From: Lama guanicoe | Taxonomy: Eukaryota | DNA: 64,000 nucleotides | Reading direction: 5' to 3' | Assembly (NCBI GenBank): GCA_013239625.1 | Contig: MU054323.1 | Span: forward strand, 15,256,029-15,320,028 | In this document: in pieces, positions 39,905 to 53,024 of the stretch | How the letters are laid out: each line of letters starts with the position of its first letter | Position numbering within the stretch: the first letter of the stretch is position 1 | The notes under the pieces: generated by a model | The model's input: the letters and a program-made list of their open reading frames with translations, nothing else | Told to the model about the DNA's origin: nothing | The model's database searches: none | Made by a program: the position numbers and the translations under genes

Positions 39905-40026
39905 ATGTTACCACATGTCCCAGTTTGTCCAGGACAGCCCTGGTTTATGCTGGCTGTCAACGTGTAATCAATAATAGTGCTTTTGAGAGTGTCCCACTTT
40001 GGAAGATAAAGTATATAATCACCCTC
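39905..40026. mobile_element. MER94-like hAT-Blackjack MITE
   Basis: GTTACCACATGTCCCAGTTTGTCCAGGACAGCCCTGGTTTATGC...AGTGTCCCACTTTGGAAGATAAAGTATATAATCACCCT. Confidence 0.75.
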
Positions 40027-42529
40027 TGTGGACAGTCAGATGGTTAATCCCTGGACAAGGCTATACCCACTAGAAAGCTGAAATGCCGTGCTAATGATTT
40101 CTTACATACACAGGAGACAGATGGGTTCGAGGAGGACGTGTTCTGTAGGAGGAACAAGGAAGTCACACCCCTCACACCCAGGAAAAAATAAGATAGAAAC
40201 ACCAAACAGACAACAGCACAGTCCTCAAAGTCGACAGCATGATTAGGTTCCGTAAAAATTACTCCAAAGGGCATTTTCATCAAGCTTCTCAGAGCGAGGG
40301 TGAAAGATTTGATTTGTCTCTGATTTGCTCAGAGACAATCTGAGGTGAATTCCAATCACATCTGGGCAGTTTTAATATCTATCCATGCATTAGAACTCAG
40401 CCCTAAATATCAGAATTTGGGGGATGTCGAGTGGAGTTAATTTCCTAAAGTTTGTTCCAATCTAGCTGCAGTGGACCTGAGTTCATTTTGCCAAAGTCCA
40501 ATATGTTAACGCTCAGAGGGAGTTCGCATGTGGGGTTGATCATCACTAAATTGGTGTACAGCAGCTATTAAATTAAGAGCTGGTTATTAAATTACCTCTT
40601 GTGGAGGAGTTAGTTCTTTTATATTTACGTCTATCCTCTGTGTTTTGCCTTTTCATGCTTAAAACGACTACAAATACATACATGAAGAGGCGTCCTTTTC
40701 AATGTCAGTGAGCCGCATTCTAATTCATAAAGCTCCACCTTTCCTGGCCCATTCCCTGGGTGCCAGACCAGAGGAGGCAAGAAGCCACAGACTTCCTTAT
40801 ATAACTCACTAAGGTGAACATGGCAACAGTTCTCTGCCAGCACTTGAAAGATTTCTCACTCAGTGGTTGTAAGGTGCAGAGCTACTAAAATGTAAGAACT
40901 TTAGTCAGTAGATCCAGAAGTTTTGGCACATTCATTCTCCTTGCCGAGTAAAGTGGCCACGAGTTCTTACAGCCAGAGCAGAAAGCTGTGTCTTTGGGAC
41001 CCTCGTGAGAAGACGAAGGGAGAGGGATGATGGGGTGGATCTGTGTTGTCCACACGTGAAACTTTTCCATAAGTGAGTCTCACTATGCGCTGAAAGTATG
41101 GTAAAGAATATACTCAGTAGTAAAATGTTGAGGTGGATCATAAAAATTGAGGTCCTATTATTAATACAGCAGAATGGGGCTTTGGGGGGGCTATATTGCA
41201 ATGGAAAAACACCAACTCTTGATAAGCAATGGACAGGCTGGAATTTGTTCCTTTACAATGGCCAGGTAGGCAATTTCTTAGAAAGCTATAGAAATTTGGT
41301 CAAGTATCCCTATTTTTTTGGTCTCTTTCATCTCTCTCTCTCTCTTTTTTTTTTTCTTGTAGATAATCCCACTCAAAAATGAAAGGCAGGGTGGGAAGTA
41401 TGCAGGAATCATTGGTCCATAGCTGTTGTGAAATCCAGCCTGGCACATAATCTTGCTTTTGTTCTTAGGACCCATTGTTACTTCCTAGGAGTCCTCCATG
41501 GCTCTTGCTTCCATCCATTGGGATCTCAGTCCAACCCTGAGTCATCCTCCCTCTTCGGTGAAAATGCTCAGTAGTTCTGAGTCTGTTACCTGCTCAAAGA
41601 AGTTTAGAGGTACATAAGCCTCTTTCATTTCTTATTGCACCTGTCCCTTTCAGTCCAACTTGATATTTTTAAAAAGCTTGTGGGTGTCTTATATACTAAT
41701 TTATAATCCATTCTATTACACAAAAGCAATGTCCACAAATCTTAGAGATAAGCTCTTCTCTCCTCTATGAGGCTGTTGCAGGACAACAGCCCTCAAAATT
41801 ATAGAAGCCCTACTGTTAACAGAGAGAGCCTACAGCCCTTTTAAACCAAAATGTGTTAAAGACTTAACCATAAGACCTACAGGTATGCCCTCAGGAAGCT
41901 TATAAGATCTGTAGCTCCTATAAAGGGCCTGTTTAGACATGACATATTTTTCTGAAGGTTTTCTTTTTGAAATATCATTGATACATAACATTATTAATTT
42001 CAGGCGTACAACATAATGATTCAATATTTGTATGTGTTGGCAAATCCTACTAATTCACTTTTGATTATGCTTTATTTCCCATCTAACTTTCTATTAGTAA
42101 AGTTGGTGCTGAGGTAAAAGGATTTTTGTGCTGTTAATGTACACTGTGGTCTAGTCTCCAGAATACTTTAAGTAATTGATCCTATATTGACTTAAAATTG
42201 TGAACCAAAAAACTCTGGGAGCTTTCACTTGATCTGGGCTGTTTTCAAGCCTATTGCTTCTGCTACCATTTCCAGTAAAATTTTATCATTCCACCCCCCT
42301 CTTTTTTTTGCAGGTAATCTTTGTGACCACTTTGTAGGAGACCAGGTGCCTTTAGCTGAACTATTCTTGCAAATTAAATGCCTCCCTGTGGCTCCATGCA
42401 ATCTGTCATTCCCTTCTTCTTCTCCGTCTTCAGAGGCATTTAGGTTCCCAGCTGCACATGGAACTGTGCTAGACTCTAGACAAACAATTTAGTGGAAATA
42501 AATCCTGCTCTCTGGGGACTTCATGTCTA

Positions 42530-42925
42530 TTTTGATCAGGAGAACCTGATGACTATAACAAATAACCCCCAAATCTCAGTGGGTTAACACAGTAGAAGTT
42601 CATTTGTCATTTGTTTCACAGTCTAGCAGGGGTTGGCAGGGGCTGTGGTCAATGCAACCATTTAGGGACCCAGGCTCCATCTATCTAGTGCCACCTCCAT
42701 CCGCCTAGGCTTCAGAGGCTTCTGCCTTCAGCCCCTAACTCCAGACACCAGAAAAAAGGAAGGACAGCATGGAGGGAGCACACAGGAGGTTTTAGAGGCC
42801 AGGTACGGAATTGCAGTCTCATCTAACTATAATGGGCTGGAAAGTTTGGTCTCTCCATTTATCAGGGAGGAAAAGCCAAAAATGAAACAGGGTTTTGTGA
42901 ACACACAGCTGTCTTTCCCATACCA
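42530..42925 (-). mobile_element. Old MLT1 (J/K/H-like) MaLR LTR
   Basis: CTATAACAAATAACCCCCAAATCTCAGTGGGTTAACACAGTAGAAGTTCATTT...TTTAGGGACCCAGGCT. Confidence 0.7.
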
Positions 42926-43384
42926 TCAGAGACATAGCCTTATCTTGAACAGCATGGTTATATAGCATTGCTTTTTTTTTTTTTGTATAGTGATTATTCC
43001 ATTTGTAAAGTTGGTGCTGAAATCAAAGGATATTCATGCTCATAATATACACCATGGACTACTTTCAAGACTACTCACAATAATTATTCCTATATTGTTG
43101 CTGGTGGGCATATGGCATATCTGGGATTGGGGCAAGTACCGAGAGTATTTACAGGCTGGGTGATTGAAGTCAGACATTTATTTTGTCATGGCAGGTGATT
43201 AAGGAACGCAGGGCAATGTATGTGGATATTGCCTCTAGGCACTTGGAGGGTCTCTGCTTCCTGTCTGAAAGCTCCATCCAAATAGCTTAAAATTTGGTGA
43301 TTATAAATTCTTTGATACAACTTTTTCTAGGACGTGGAGGTTTATTCCTCTCCTCTTGACCGTAGGCTGGGCTTAGGGACTTGT

Positions 43385-43922
43385 TTCTAAGGAATAAACT
43401 ATTTAAAGGGGAAAAAACTAGTTTTCAATGGAGAAGTCTGGCAGATACCACCTTAATCAAGTGGCCAAGGTGTTAACATCATCAATGATGTCACATTGAT
43501 TTCATGTACACTTGATATGATGTAATGAGAAGAGCACTTCACCTCTGTCTTATCCCCCAACCCTGAACCCGTTACCCCAATCTAACCATGAGAAAAGTCA
43601 GACAAAACTCAACTGAGGGACATTCTACAGAAATACCTGACCATTGCTCCTCAAAAGCGTCAAAGCTGGGAAAGATCAGGGAAGACAGAAATAGTCACAG
43701 ATGGAAGAGATCAGGGAGACATGACGACTAATGTAACGTGGGATCCTGGAAAACGAAAATGACACGAGTGAGTAGGCTGGGGAAATATGAATAAAACCTA
43801 TGGTTTAGTAAATAGTAGTGTATCATGTTAATTTCTTAGATTTTTTTTGTTAATTTTTTTATTGAAGTACAGTTGATTTACAATGTGTTAGTTTCTGGTG
43901 TGCAGCAAAGTGATTCAGTTAC

Positions 43923-43970
<48 letters not shown>

Positions 43971-44300
43971 TATATATATATATTTTTATCTTTTTCAGAT
44001 TCTTTTATTACAAGACATTGAATATGGTTCCCTGTGCTATACATTAGGTCCTTGTTATTTATCCATTTTATATAGAGTAGTGTGTATCTGTTAATCCCAA
44101 ATTCCAAATTTATCCCTACCCCCTTCCCCTTTGATAACCATAGGTTTGTGTTCTATTTTTTAAATGTCTTAGTTTTCATAAATGTTCTATGGGTATGTAA
44201 AATGTTAACAATAGGAGAATCTCAGTGAAGGACATATGGAAGCTCTCTGTATTATTTTTGAAATTTTCTGTAAATATAAAATTATTTAATTATAATAGAT
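43385..44300 (+). mobile_element. L1MC4-like 3'UTR fragment split by an antisense young L1
   Basis: CTGGCAGATACCACCTTAATCAAGTGGCCAAGG...ATGAGAAAAGTCAGACAAAACTCAACTGAGGGACATTCTACA; the element resumes after 44160. Confidence 0.75.
43842..44160 (-). mobile_element. Young L1 3' end containing a (TA)n/(CA)n compound microsatellite (43929-43982)
   Basis: ATTGAAGTACAGTTGATTTACAATGTGTTAGTTTCTGGTGTGCAGCAAAGTGATTCAGTT...GGTTCCCTGTGCTATACA. Confidence 0.85.
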
Positions 44301-44393
44301 AAAAATGAAACTAAGAAATGAGTTGATAACCTGAGAGGAGAAGCAAAGTTAACAGTGACAGAGACAGAATTTCAAGGGTAGGAAAGACATGTA

Positions 44394-44760
44394 TTTTAAT
44401 TTTATTTTTTATTGATGTACAGTTGATTTACAATGTTAGTTTCAAGTGTACAGCAAAACGATTCAGTTATACATATACATACAATATATTTTCATATTCT
44501 TTTCCATTATAGCTTATTACAAGAAACTGAATATGGTTCCCTGTGCTATACAGTAGGTCCTTGATGTTTATCTATTCTATATATAGTAGTTTGTATCTGC
44601 TAATCCCAACTCCTCATTTATCCCTCCTGCCCCCTTTCCCCTTTCATAACCATAATTTGTTTTCTGTGTCTGTGTGTTTGTTTCTGGTGTGTAAATAAAA
44701 TTTGTATCTTTTTTTGGATTCTACAATAAGTGATATCGTATGATATTTGTCTTTCTCTGA
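44394..44760 (-). mobile_element. Young L1 3' end
   Basis: ATTGATGTACAGTTGATTTACAATGTTAGTTTCAAGTGTACAGCAAA...GATATTTGTCTTTCTCTG; same family as 43842-44160. Confidence 0.85.
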
Positions 44761-45056
44761 GGAAAAACATTTTAGATCATCTCAATTTACAAACTCATTT
44801 GGAAGAGGAAAATAAGGCACAGAGAGGCAAATCAAATAGCCAAATATTTCAGAGGAAATAAACAATACTTGCCTCAAAATGAAGGGTTTATTACTCTTAA
44901 TCTGATACTTCATGTCTATTTGTGAAGAGAGGGGAGAATTCTGGCATAGATGTAGTAATAACACAACAATAAATTTATTTAACATATCCCAGGATTGTTC
45001 ATCTTAGTTTTCCTGATTAATTCCTAATTCACTATCTACAATCCTCGCCATACACT

Positions 45057-45084
<28 letters not shown>
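45057..45084. repeat. (AC)14 microsatellite
   Basis: Perfect run read directly from the sequence. Confidence 0.95.
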
Positions 45085-45087
<3 letters not shown>

Positions 45088-45114
45088 ACCAGCCACTCCT
45101 CAACATGCTACCCA

Positions 45115-45275
45115 CAATCCTACAAGGCAAATTTTATTATTCCTGGTTTGTAGATGAGTAAAATGAGACCCAGTAAATTAAGCAACTTGCAAGTTTCATG
45201 GCCAACAATTGGCAAAGCCTGAATTGAAACCTCCATCAATCTAATACCAAGGCTCAAGCTCTTTCCACTGTACTC
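45115..45275 (-). mobile_element. MIR SINE
   Basis: TTTGTAGATGAGTAAAATGAGACCCAG...ATTAAGCAACTTGC...TGGCAAAGCCTGAATTGAAACC. Confidence 0.65.
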
Positions 45276-48200
45276 TGGGGCTTTCTTCCCTGAGAAGAGG
45301 AGTGGAAAAGCCCCTGGGAGAGATGAGAGAAGGAAGATCTGGAAGCATTCAGCTGGGTGAGTGGCAAGAGTTTATTGTAAAATATTTCTTAGGGCACCAG
45401 AATTGTAATTTATGTCCTTAAATTTCTGGAGAGCTGCAGTTCTTAAGTGAGTGAGTGAGTCTGGGGTAAAATGGGCTGGTTGTCTATAGCGTTAGGGTCT
45501 GTCCTTTGGAAAAAAGATTTAAATTGTTTATTTTATTCCCTTGAGTAACTTTTTGCATGACCAAAATAATTAGTGAAGTGGGATGTTAATCTGGTGGGAA
45601 CATGGTACTCTGTCTTGCTTCAACCCCAAATGCAGAGAATAATAACGTCGACCATTTACTGTACCCTTCTCCCATGCCTAGTGCTAGAACATGTTACATT
45701 TATCATTTCTATTTCACACAACTTTGGAAAGGAAATATATCTCCATTATCCCAAAAAAGAGACTGAAGACTTTTACTTGTCCCATACCTCCCAGATCAGA
45801 TATAAAACTAATGCAATTTTTAAGAATTTGTTACTATGGAAACATGTTTATATTAAACAGCACTGCCAAAGGCAGCCATGTCTCTTCTAATGGATTTCTA
45901 TCACCTATCCAATTCATACATGTGTGTAGCCATTTCCAGGTATCATGTACCAAAATGCCTATTAAGTTAGAGACGTTTTCAACAGTCCATTTAGTGGCTG
46001 GAAACCTAGTAGAAATATAAAGAAGGAACTGGGCTGCAGTTCAGCTTGTGGAATTCTTCCCCCTTCCATTCTCCACTCCTTTCCCTCTCGGTGCTGAGAC
46101 TGCGGTTTCTTGGTCCTCTTGGTGTCCCTGGGAGTCCACTTTGATCCACCTGGTGGTCCCTGGTGATTATGAAGAAGCCTCACAGAGTCCCACTGAGGCA
46201 ACAGCCCTTTCACCTCCTAGTGACGGCCTTCACAACACCTAAGTGGACTCAGGTCTTTGGCCCGTCAGCATTGAGTATGGCCCGGAGACGTTATCTTTGT
46301 CTTCTCCTCACCAACCAGGATTCTGTCAGTTACTGGTGCGGCTGAACAGGGATGATAGCTGATCTCCACACTCTTCCTCCCAGGCCTGTGCAGTTAAGAG
46401 CAGCTCTGGATCCACAACTCTTGTGGTCTCATTTATGCCTACAAATGCTTCTCTCTTTGATAGTGTGTTAGCTGACAGGGTTTCACGTGTGACGATGATG
46501 GTGATGATGATTTGCATGATGCTCTAGTGAGACACATATATTCTATTCGTTTAGAGTTATTTAGCAAAAAGCAAGCAACAGTGAAGGAAAAGATAACAGC
46601 TGCTCCCACTTAGTGACTAACATTCTTCTCCAATCCCGCTGTGTGGCTCATGCTTATCAATATTTTTTATAAATATGGTATGACCAAGTATAATCAACTG
46701 ACACTTATTCAGCTTCTACTGAGGACCCATCATGCTGAGTGTTAGGGAAATGAATTAGGCACAGTTCTTGTCCTCTTTAAGAGCAAGAAACAGGTAAACA
46801 GAGAAGTTATCTTTCAAAAGAAGTTCATACAATCTACAGAAAAGGGAGTAATTAACCAGAGACACCAGAATTTGAAGATTGGATAAGATTTCACTTGGAA
46901 GAAGGGCAGTTGTATAATGAAGTACATTATATTTGCAAAAAGTACAGTGTGGGTGGAGGCATAGTGGTGAACCAACAGGGGATGTTCAGGGAACTCTAGA
47001 GATTAGCTTCTTTTAATTGCTAGAGGGACAAGGGCCAGAGTGAGGGTGGAGATGCGGTAGGAAGTGTTGAAGAGGCAGCCAGAGAGTAGATGGTGAGGAA
47101 ACAACCAGAAGTCCTGAAGAACCCAGCACGATGTCAGGCACTGTGTCATGCACTATGTGGGATACAAAAAACCTCTTAGATTGTTTGCTGCTCTTAAAGT
47201 GTTTATGGTCAAACTGAGAAGAGAACCCAACATACATGAAGCAGTGAAAATACAATTAAGAAGTCAATGATGTGATTGACTCTAAGTGCAGTAGGAACTC
47301 AAAGAAGGTACAGAAATCAATACAGTCTGGAATAATCAAAGAATTAAAGAGAAGGTTGAATTTGAGCTGCCCCTTAAAGAATGGGTAAGCTTAGCTCAAT
47401 AGGTCTTAACCAACCAGTACTACCCCCTAGTGGACATTTAGAGAGGTGTAGGTTTATTTTTGAAGGTAACAATGGAGAGGTGGGAGGGTCACATAAGGCA
47501 CTGCCTTGCAGTGCACAGAAGAGACCTACTCAACGAAGAACTGTCCCTCGCAAAAGTCTCCCATTCAGAAGCCCTAACTGGATAAGCAGGGGACAGAGAG
47601 AATAGATTACAGAAGGTGAGAACAAAACAAATATAAGAATTACAGGGATGTATCGCTCTTGGTCATTTACAGGATTTAATTATTTAGAAATAGATCCTAC
47701 TCTATTTTTAAATTAATTAGCTTTTGCAAATTATTTCACAAATTATATGGCTAAATAGGCCTTTTTACAGGATTGCAATTCTTAAGGATTAGACAGAGAA
47801 CATAAATAGTAAATCGGGAATTTAAGCAGCACTGTTCCCTGCAATGCTGCAAGGTTCGGGATGCGTGCCGCTCTGCACTGTGGCTGCTTATCCCCTCAAC
47901 AAGCAGTATGTGCCCATTCTCCTGCTTCTGACCATCCCCCAGGGGGTGAATCAAACCATCTCAGCTCAAGTGCTTCTGTCATTCTTCTTACATTATGGCT
48001 TCTGCCTGCCCTTGGCTTCTGTTTGCTGCCGTGTCTCAGATTCTTCCTCCATCGCTAACTGCCATGTCTCTACATCTCACTTTCAAAGTTCCCAAGATTG
48101 AGTGTCTGATCAGTTTGTCTCAAGGCTCCTTCCCTGATAGGTAAACCCTTACTTTCAGCCCTCATGGACTTGTGGGTCACTGGGTGACTTGGACTTTGCT

Positions 48201-49985
48201 TGCTCTATAGCCTTGAGTCTGGTTGTCCCCCATTAGTTGGCTGTGAAGGAATAATGTGATCATGAGCCCAGAGCAGGGGAACTCCTGCAAGAGGAACCAG
48301 GCCACAGCCTCCATGACAAATGCAGTGGCTTTTCAACAATGACTCTGGCTACACTGAAATAAGGAGGTTCAGTTAAGGCAGAACTACAGAGTCTGCTACT
48401 CATAGTAGCAGTTAAAAAAAAAAAAGCCAACTTTGATGAGCACACAGTATGGAATAAACTGTTCACCATTTAGAACTCTTCCTAAAGTGCATATATATTG
48501 TGGTCATTTTCAAATTTAGGTGACACTCTTCAACTGTAAAGGCCTACTGTCACTTCAAAGTCAGCAACTACAAAATTTAGCTCACAGATTTCTCCCAGCA
48601 CTAAGTTACCCTCCAAACTTCTCTTTTTCCAACTGTTATATTAGAAATTTTATAGGGAGTGTAGAACTAATCGCTAAGGGAATAGATCATGGCTGGGAAT
48701 TACAAATATTCTAGGCTCCACTTACTAGAATGCCCCAGGGTCAAGACTGATGGAGAGAAATATCTTAATAACCACATAAAACAAAATTTATAACCTGATG
48801 GCCTGCCAGCCAAATTGGGCCAAGAAATATTTTTCATTTTGATGAGCACTGTGAATTATAAGCATTTGAACCAGCATGTATATGAATAGGGCGTGTGAGG
48901 TAGGATTTCAGCAGTCTCCACCAATCCAGAAAGGTCTAGCTCAAAAGAAGCCATAGACGGGGACCAGTTTGCAGGAGATGAAGGGCAGGTGTAACACTAG
49001 ACAAGGCTGGGGTGATGAGGTCAGTAGGTGACGTTTTGTTTGGCCTATAATTTTAAGTGCTCACGCTTTCCTTCCTTTAAGGCGATCATGCTCGCCAGCC
49101 ACTGATACCTACAGTCACACGGCTGTCTCTTTCACCTTCATATCGGACTAGTCTAGTGGGAAAAATAAATGTGCACTTAAGAGTCTAATTTAAATACACA
49201 CTATCGGCAGCACCATACTGAAAACCCTAATAAGCATCTTATGAATGCCCAAGAGCGTCCCTGCCCATGTTTGGAGTGACACATTTTGGCTTGGCTGGTG
49301 ACAATTAGGATCAGACCCAGGACACTGGAGAATATGCACTGAATCCCATATGGCCTCATGTGTGGGTAGATTGTCCTCTGGGTGCCTGAAACTCAATGAA
49401 AAAGCTCTGGGTAGGAATTAGATGAAAATGATGGAGAATGCAAATTAGCACACTATGGATGGATCTGCATCATGTATGGCCACATTATGGATTGGATTCA
49501 ACTGTCAGATGGTTATGTATTATTCATGATCAAATTCAGGGTAAAGATACCAGATGGCAAAGGCATATTCATGGTCAGATCATAGTTGTTAGATTAATTA
49601 TAAATCTACATAAGAATTGGATAATAACAATTTAGACCACTCTCTAAAGGATACTCTGAAGGTCATCTAATCAAAAGTATTTTTAAAATCAGGTGCATCG
49701 GTTATTAGGTGACATTAAATATTTTATGTTGCCATAACTTATTTTCCAAAAAGACTCTCCAGTTACATAAAACTTTTGTCAGATTTCAGTAACCTGTGGC
49801 TTTGGTCTTAATGTTTGATAGAGGGGGTGGTAACAATGCCATTTCTGTAAAGGACTGTAGATGGCTGACATTACTCAGAGTGTCAAGGGACCAGCAAAAC
49901 TCTGTTAGACAATAAAAATGTTTTTGTCGCATGGTTACAACTCATCATGTACCAAAAGGTGCTCTGAATTCAAGTTCTACCTGAG

Positions 49986-50455
49986 TGTCAGCAGCATCTA
50001 TGCGGGCTGGACATTTTCTGTTTGCCCCTCTGGATTCCCCCTCTCTCCTTCCCCACTCTGCTTTGTGCTTGGCGAGGCTGACCTGCAAGGATTGCATCAG
50101 TGAGCTCTCCTGTTCTCTGGACTCCAGCTGGTTGTCGTCAGAAGGGCGTCTGTGGGAGACGGGGTGGGGCAGAGAGAGTATTCCCTTGGGTCCCGCCCCG
50201 TGTTATCCCCTCGGGCTGGCTCCCTCCATTGCTCCTGTCAGGGGTCCTCCCCACATGCCTTTCTCTCTGGGTTCTGGAAACTTCGAGAATGGTTGTGGTT
50301 TTCTGTTGTTACCAGCCCGGGGGTTGTTCTACATTGTCCTCTGTGGTTTCTCTACATCCTGCCCACACCTTTGTAAATAGGTCTTTTATTAAGTTCTCCT
50401 TACATCCCCATTCTGAGCATGCCATCTGTTACCTTTTTGGATCCAGACCAAAATA
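49986..50455 (+). mobile_element. ERVL solo LTR (LTR33-like)
   Basis: 3' end CCCACACCTTTGTAAATAGGTCTTTTATTAAGTTCTCC...TGAGCATGCCATCTGTTACC; begins with TG. Confidence 0.65.
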
Positions 50456-50669
50456 CAGTTGACCCTGGCACAACACAGGTTTGAACTGCTCGGATCCACT
50501 TATATGAGGATGTTTTTTTCAATAGTAAGTTCTACAGTACTTCATGCTCTATGGTTGGTCAAATGATGTGGAACTGTGTATATGAAGGACTGACTGTAAA
50601 TTGCACACAGGATTTTGACAGTGCGGAGGGTTGCTGCCCTTAACCTCCAGGTTGTTCAAGGGTAAACTT
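50456..50669. mobile_element. Tigger2-type (TcMar) MITE
   Basis: Terminal inverted repeats CAGTTGACCCTGGCACAAC and GTTGTTCAAGGGTAAACT, with flanking TA. Confidence 0.8.
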
Positions 50670-51639
50670 ATACCCGAGCCCAGAATCATAGACTCAAAGA
50701 ATATTTTAGTGCAGTGGTACATGAACATGATCTATTCAATCTTTCTCACTTTATTCATGGAGACACTGAGGTAGAGGATATCCAGGGATTTGTCCAAAGT
50801 CATCAGCTACTGTGTGACAGACTGAGGACCAAAACCCAGATCTTCTGGATCTCTTTAGTGCATTTACTGCAACAGAATCCTCTGCAGAAGTTCTTGGGCA
50901 TCACAGTAGCTGGTCATGGAAGGCATCTGTCCAGGACAGTTAGCCCCAAGGGGTTGGCCAGCAGGGAGATTTTCTACCTATGGCAGCTTCTCCTCTAAAT
51001 GTTATCAGCAGCTCCAGGGAGGGACTCAGTAAGAAGGCCAATGGTGTTGAAAATCCAGAGACCCATAGAGTATTTTAGGGAGTAGTTTCCAAAGATCCTA
51101 GCTAAACCTGGCTCCCATAATTGTGCCCCTGTCTGTAGGGATGATAAAGGGGGAATTGCATCCAGGGAAGCCTTTAGCGCTCAGTGCCCAGGTGTCCTCC
51201 ATAGACAGGTGACGGGGATGGGCAGGGGAATGGTTGCAGTTAGGTGAGACAGGTATCACTACCCAGGCATGAGAGAACAGAGGCAAGGGTAAAATAATTA
51301 CCATAAGTTAGATGCCTAAGTGCCAGGAATTGCACTGGGGGTTTTCTATCCATTATTTTATATAACCCTAATCACAGCCCTGATCTCACAGATGACAGCA
51401 TTCATGCAAAAGAAGCTGAAGTGTAGTAAGTGGGAAACAAGCCCCAGAGGGGAAAGGGAATTCAAGACACACTGAAAAAAGAGCTACAGTGATAGCAAAG
51501 ATCATCAAGCATTTGTTATTGCCCCTCACTGAGTCAGCTGCTGGGGAAGAACGGGAAACAAGGGTCCAGAAAGAAGCACCAGGAACTAGAAAGACCTAGT
51601 TGTCGCCATAGTGTGTGTACCCTTTGGGCTGTGGGGCTG

Positions 51640-52160
51640 TGGGCAGATGACTAGGATTTAGTCTGAAAAGTGTTATGATTGGGAAGGACAGGGTTCCATG
51701 GGGACTCAGAGGAGGGGCAAGCATCACAGGCTGGGGACGGAACAGGGCAATGAAGGCTTCACAGAGGAAGTGATCCTTGAGTGAGAACTGAAGGATGAAT
51801 AGGCATCAGCAGATGAAGTGGGAAGGAAATGTGGTGCAAGTAGAATGAATCACATATGCAAAGCCTGCTATTAAGAGAACCTGCACAGAAGTTTGTTGGA
51901 GTTGATCATAGACGTTGGACTGATGTGGAAGGGGACAAGGCTGAAAAGCTAAGTCAAGCACATTATTAGTTGAGCTTGGAGATCATGTCAAGGAATTTGG
52001 AATTTTTTTTTTAACTCTCTGAGAATTAGAGAGACACTGAGGATTTTCAACAGGGAGATGACATGACCTGATTTCAGAGGTCCTTGGACCAAGATTGCTC
52101 TCTGCTCTGGTTTTGTTGGGCGGATGAAAGATGGAATTTGGTCTAGGATGGATCTGTACA
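51640..52160 (-). mobile_element. L2 LINE fragment
   Basis: GAAGGCTTCACAGAGGAAGTGATCCTTGAG...GAAGGATGAATAGG, GATTTTCAACAGGGAGATGACATGACCTGATTT. Confidence 0.7.
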
Positions 52161-52899
52161 GTGGCCCGCATGAGGTGGAGCTGATGGGAGCCAACAGGTG
52201 TTAATTATCCCTGACTGGGAGCCGGGCCCTCCAGGGACCTCAGTAGGTCTGTGTCACTGACAGTGCTTGGCTGTGTATGTGTCTGTTTACACTCTCTGCC
52301 CAACTCCAAGTCATTTGTATTCACTTTTTCATCTTGCTTCCTTGAGAGTTTTGTCCTCTTTTAATAAAGGACCCAAGATGTTGTTCAACAGAGGTGGTGA
52401 ATTATTTTCGCTGTATGAAGTGTAAGTAGCTGGCTTTTTTTTAAAAAACTAATCTCTGTGATGTGTTTGCCCTTCCTTTTCCTCCTCAATACGTGCCAGC
52501 CCTGAGCTGGGACAATGGCTCAGGATACTCAGCTGCCTTGGATGGCTTTGGAAATATTGACTGTGAGTTTGGATCTGGCCCTGTGATGCAACCTGGCCTC
52601 GCTGAACTCTGGGACCACAGTATTCGGAGGGATTTCCAGGCAGGAGGAAGGCAGGAAAGATTCTCTTGTAAAATATGAATGAACACAGAACTCAGGCCTT
52701 AGCTATATCTGTATGTACATTAAAATGTCTAGAGAAGCTGCTTAAAATATGCTTACTGAATAAAAGAGTGAAGTGCTTGCCTATTTCTTATAACTGAAAC
52801 AAAATGTTCATGAAATGATGGTTACCCTTATATGTGCATTTTCTCCATTCATCTCCTCTCCTCTTCTTTTCCATTTCACTCTATTTAAAAAGAATATGC

Positions 52900-53024
52900 C
52901 AGGAGAGGGTATAGCTCAAGTGGTGTTTAGCATGCACGAGGTTCTGGGTTCAACCCCCTAGGGCCTCCTCTAAAAATAAAGCAAACGTAATTACCACCAC
53001 CACCACCCCTCCCCGTCCCCACCG
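52900..53024 (+). mobile_element. tRNA-derived SINE, vic-1 type, inserted in an older hAT-like MITE
   Basis: GGGTATAGCTCAAGTGG...TTAGCATGCACGAGGTTCTGGGTTCAACCCC with A and B boxes. TSD AAAA(G/T)AATATGC at 52888-52899 and 53025-53036. Confidence 0.85.
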
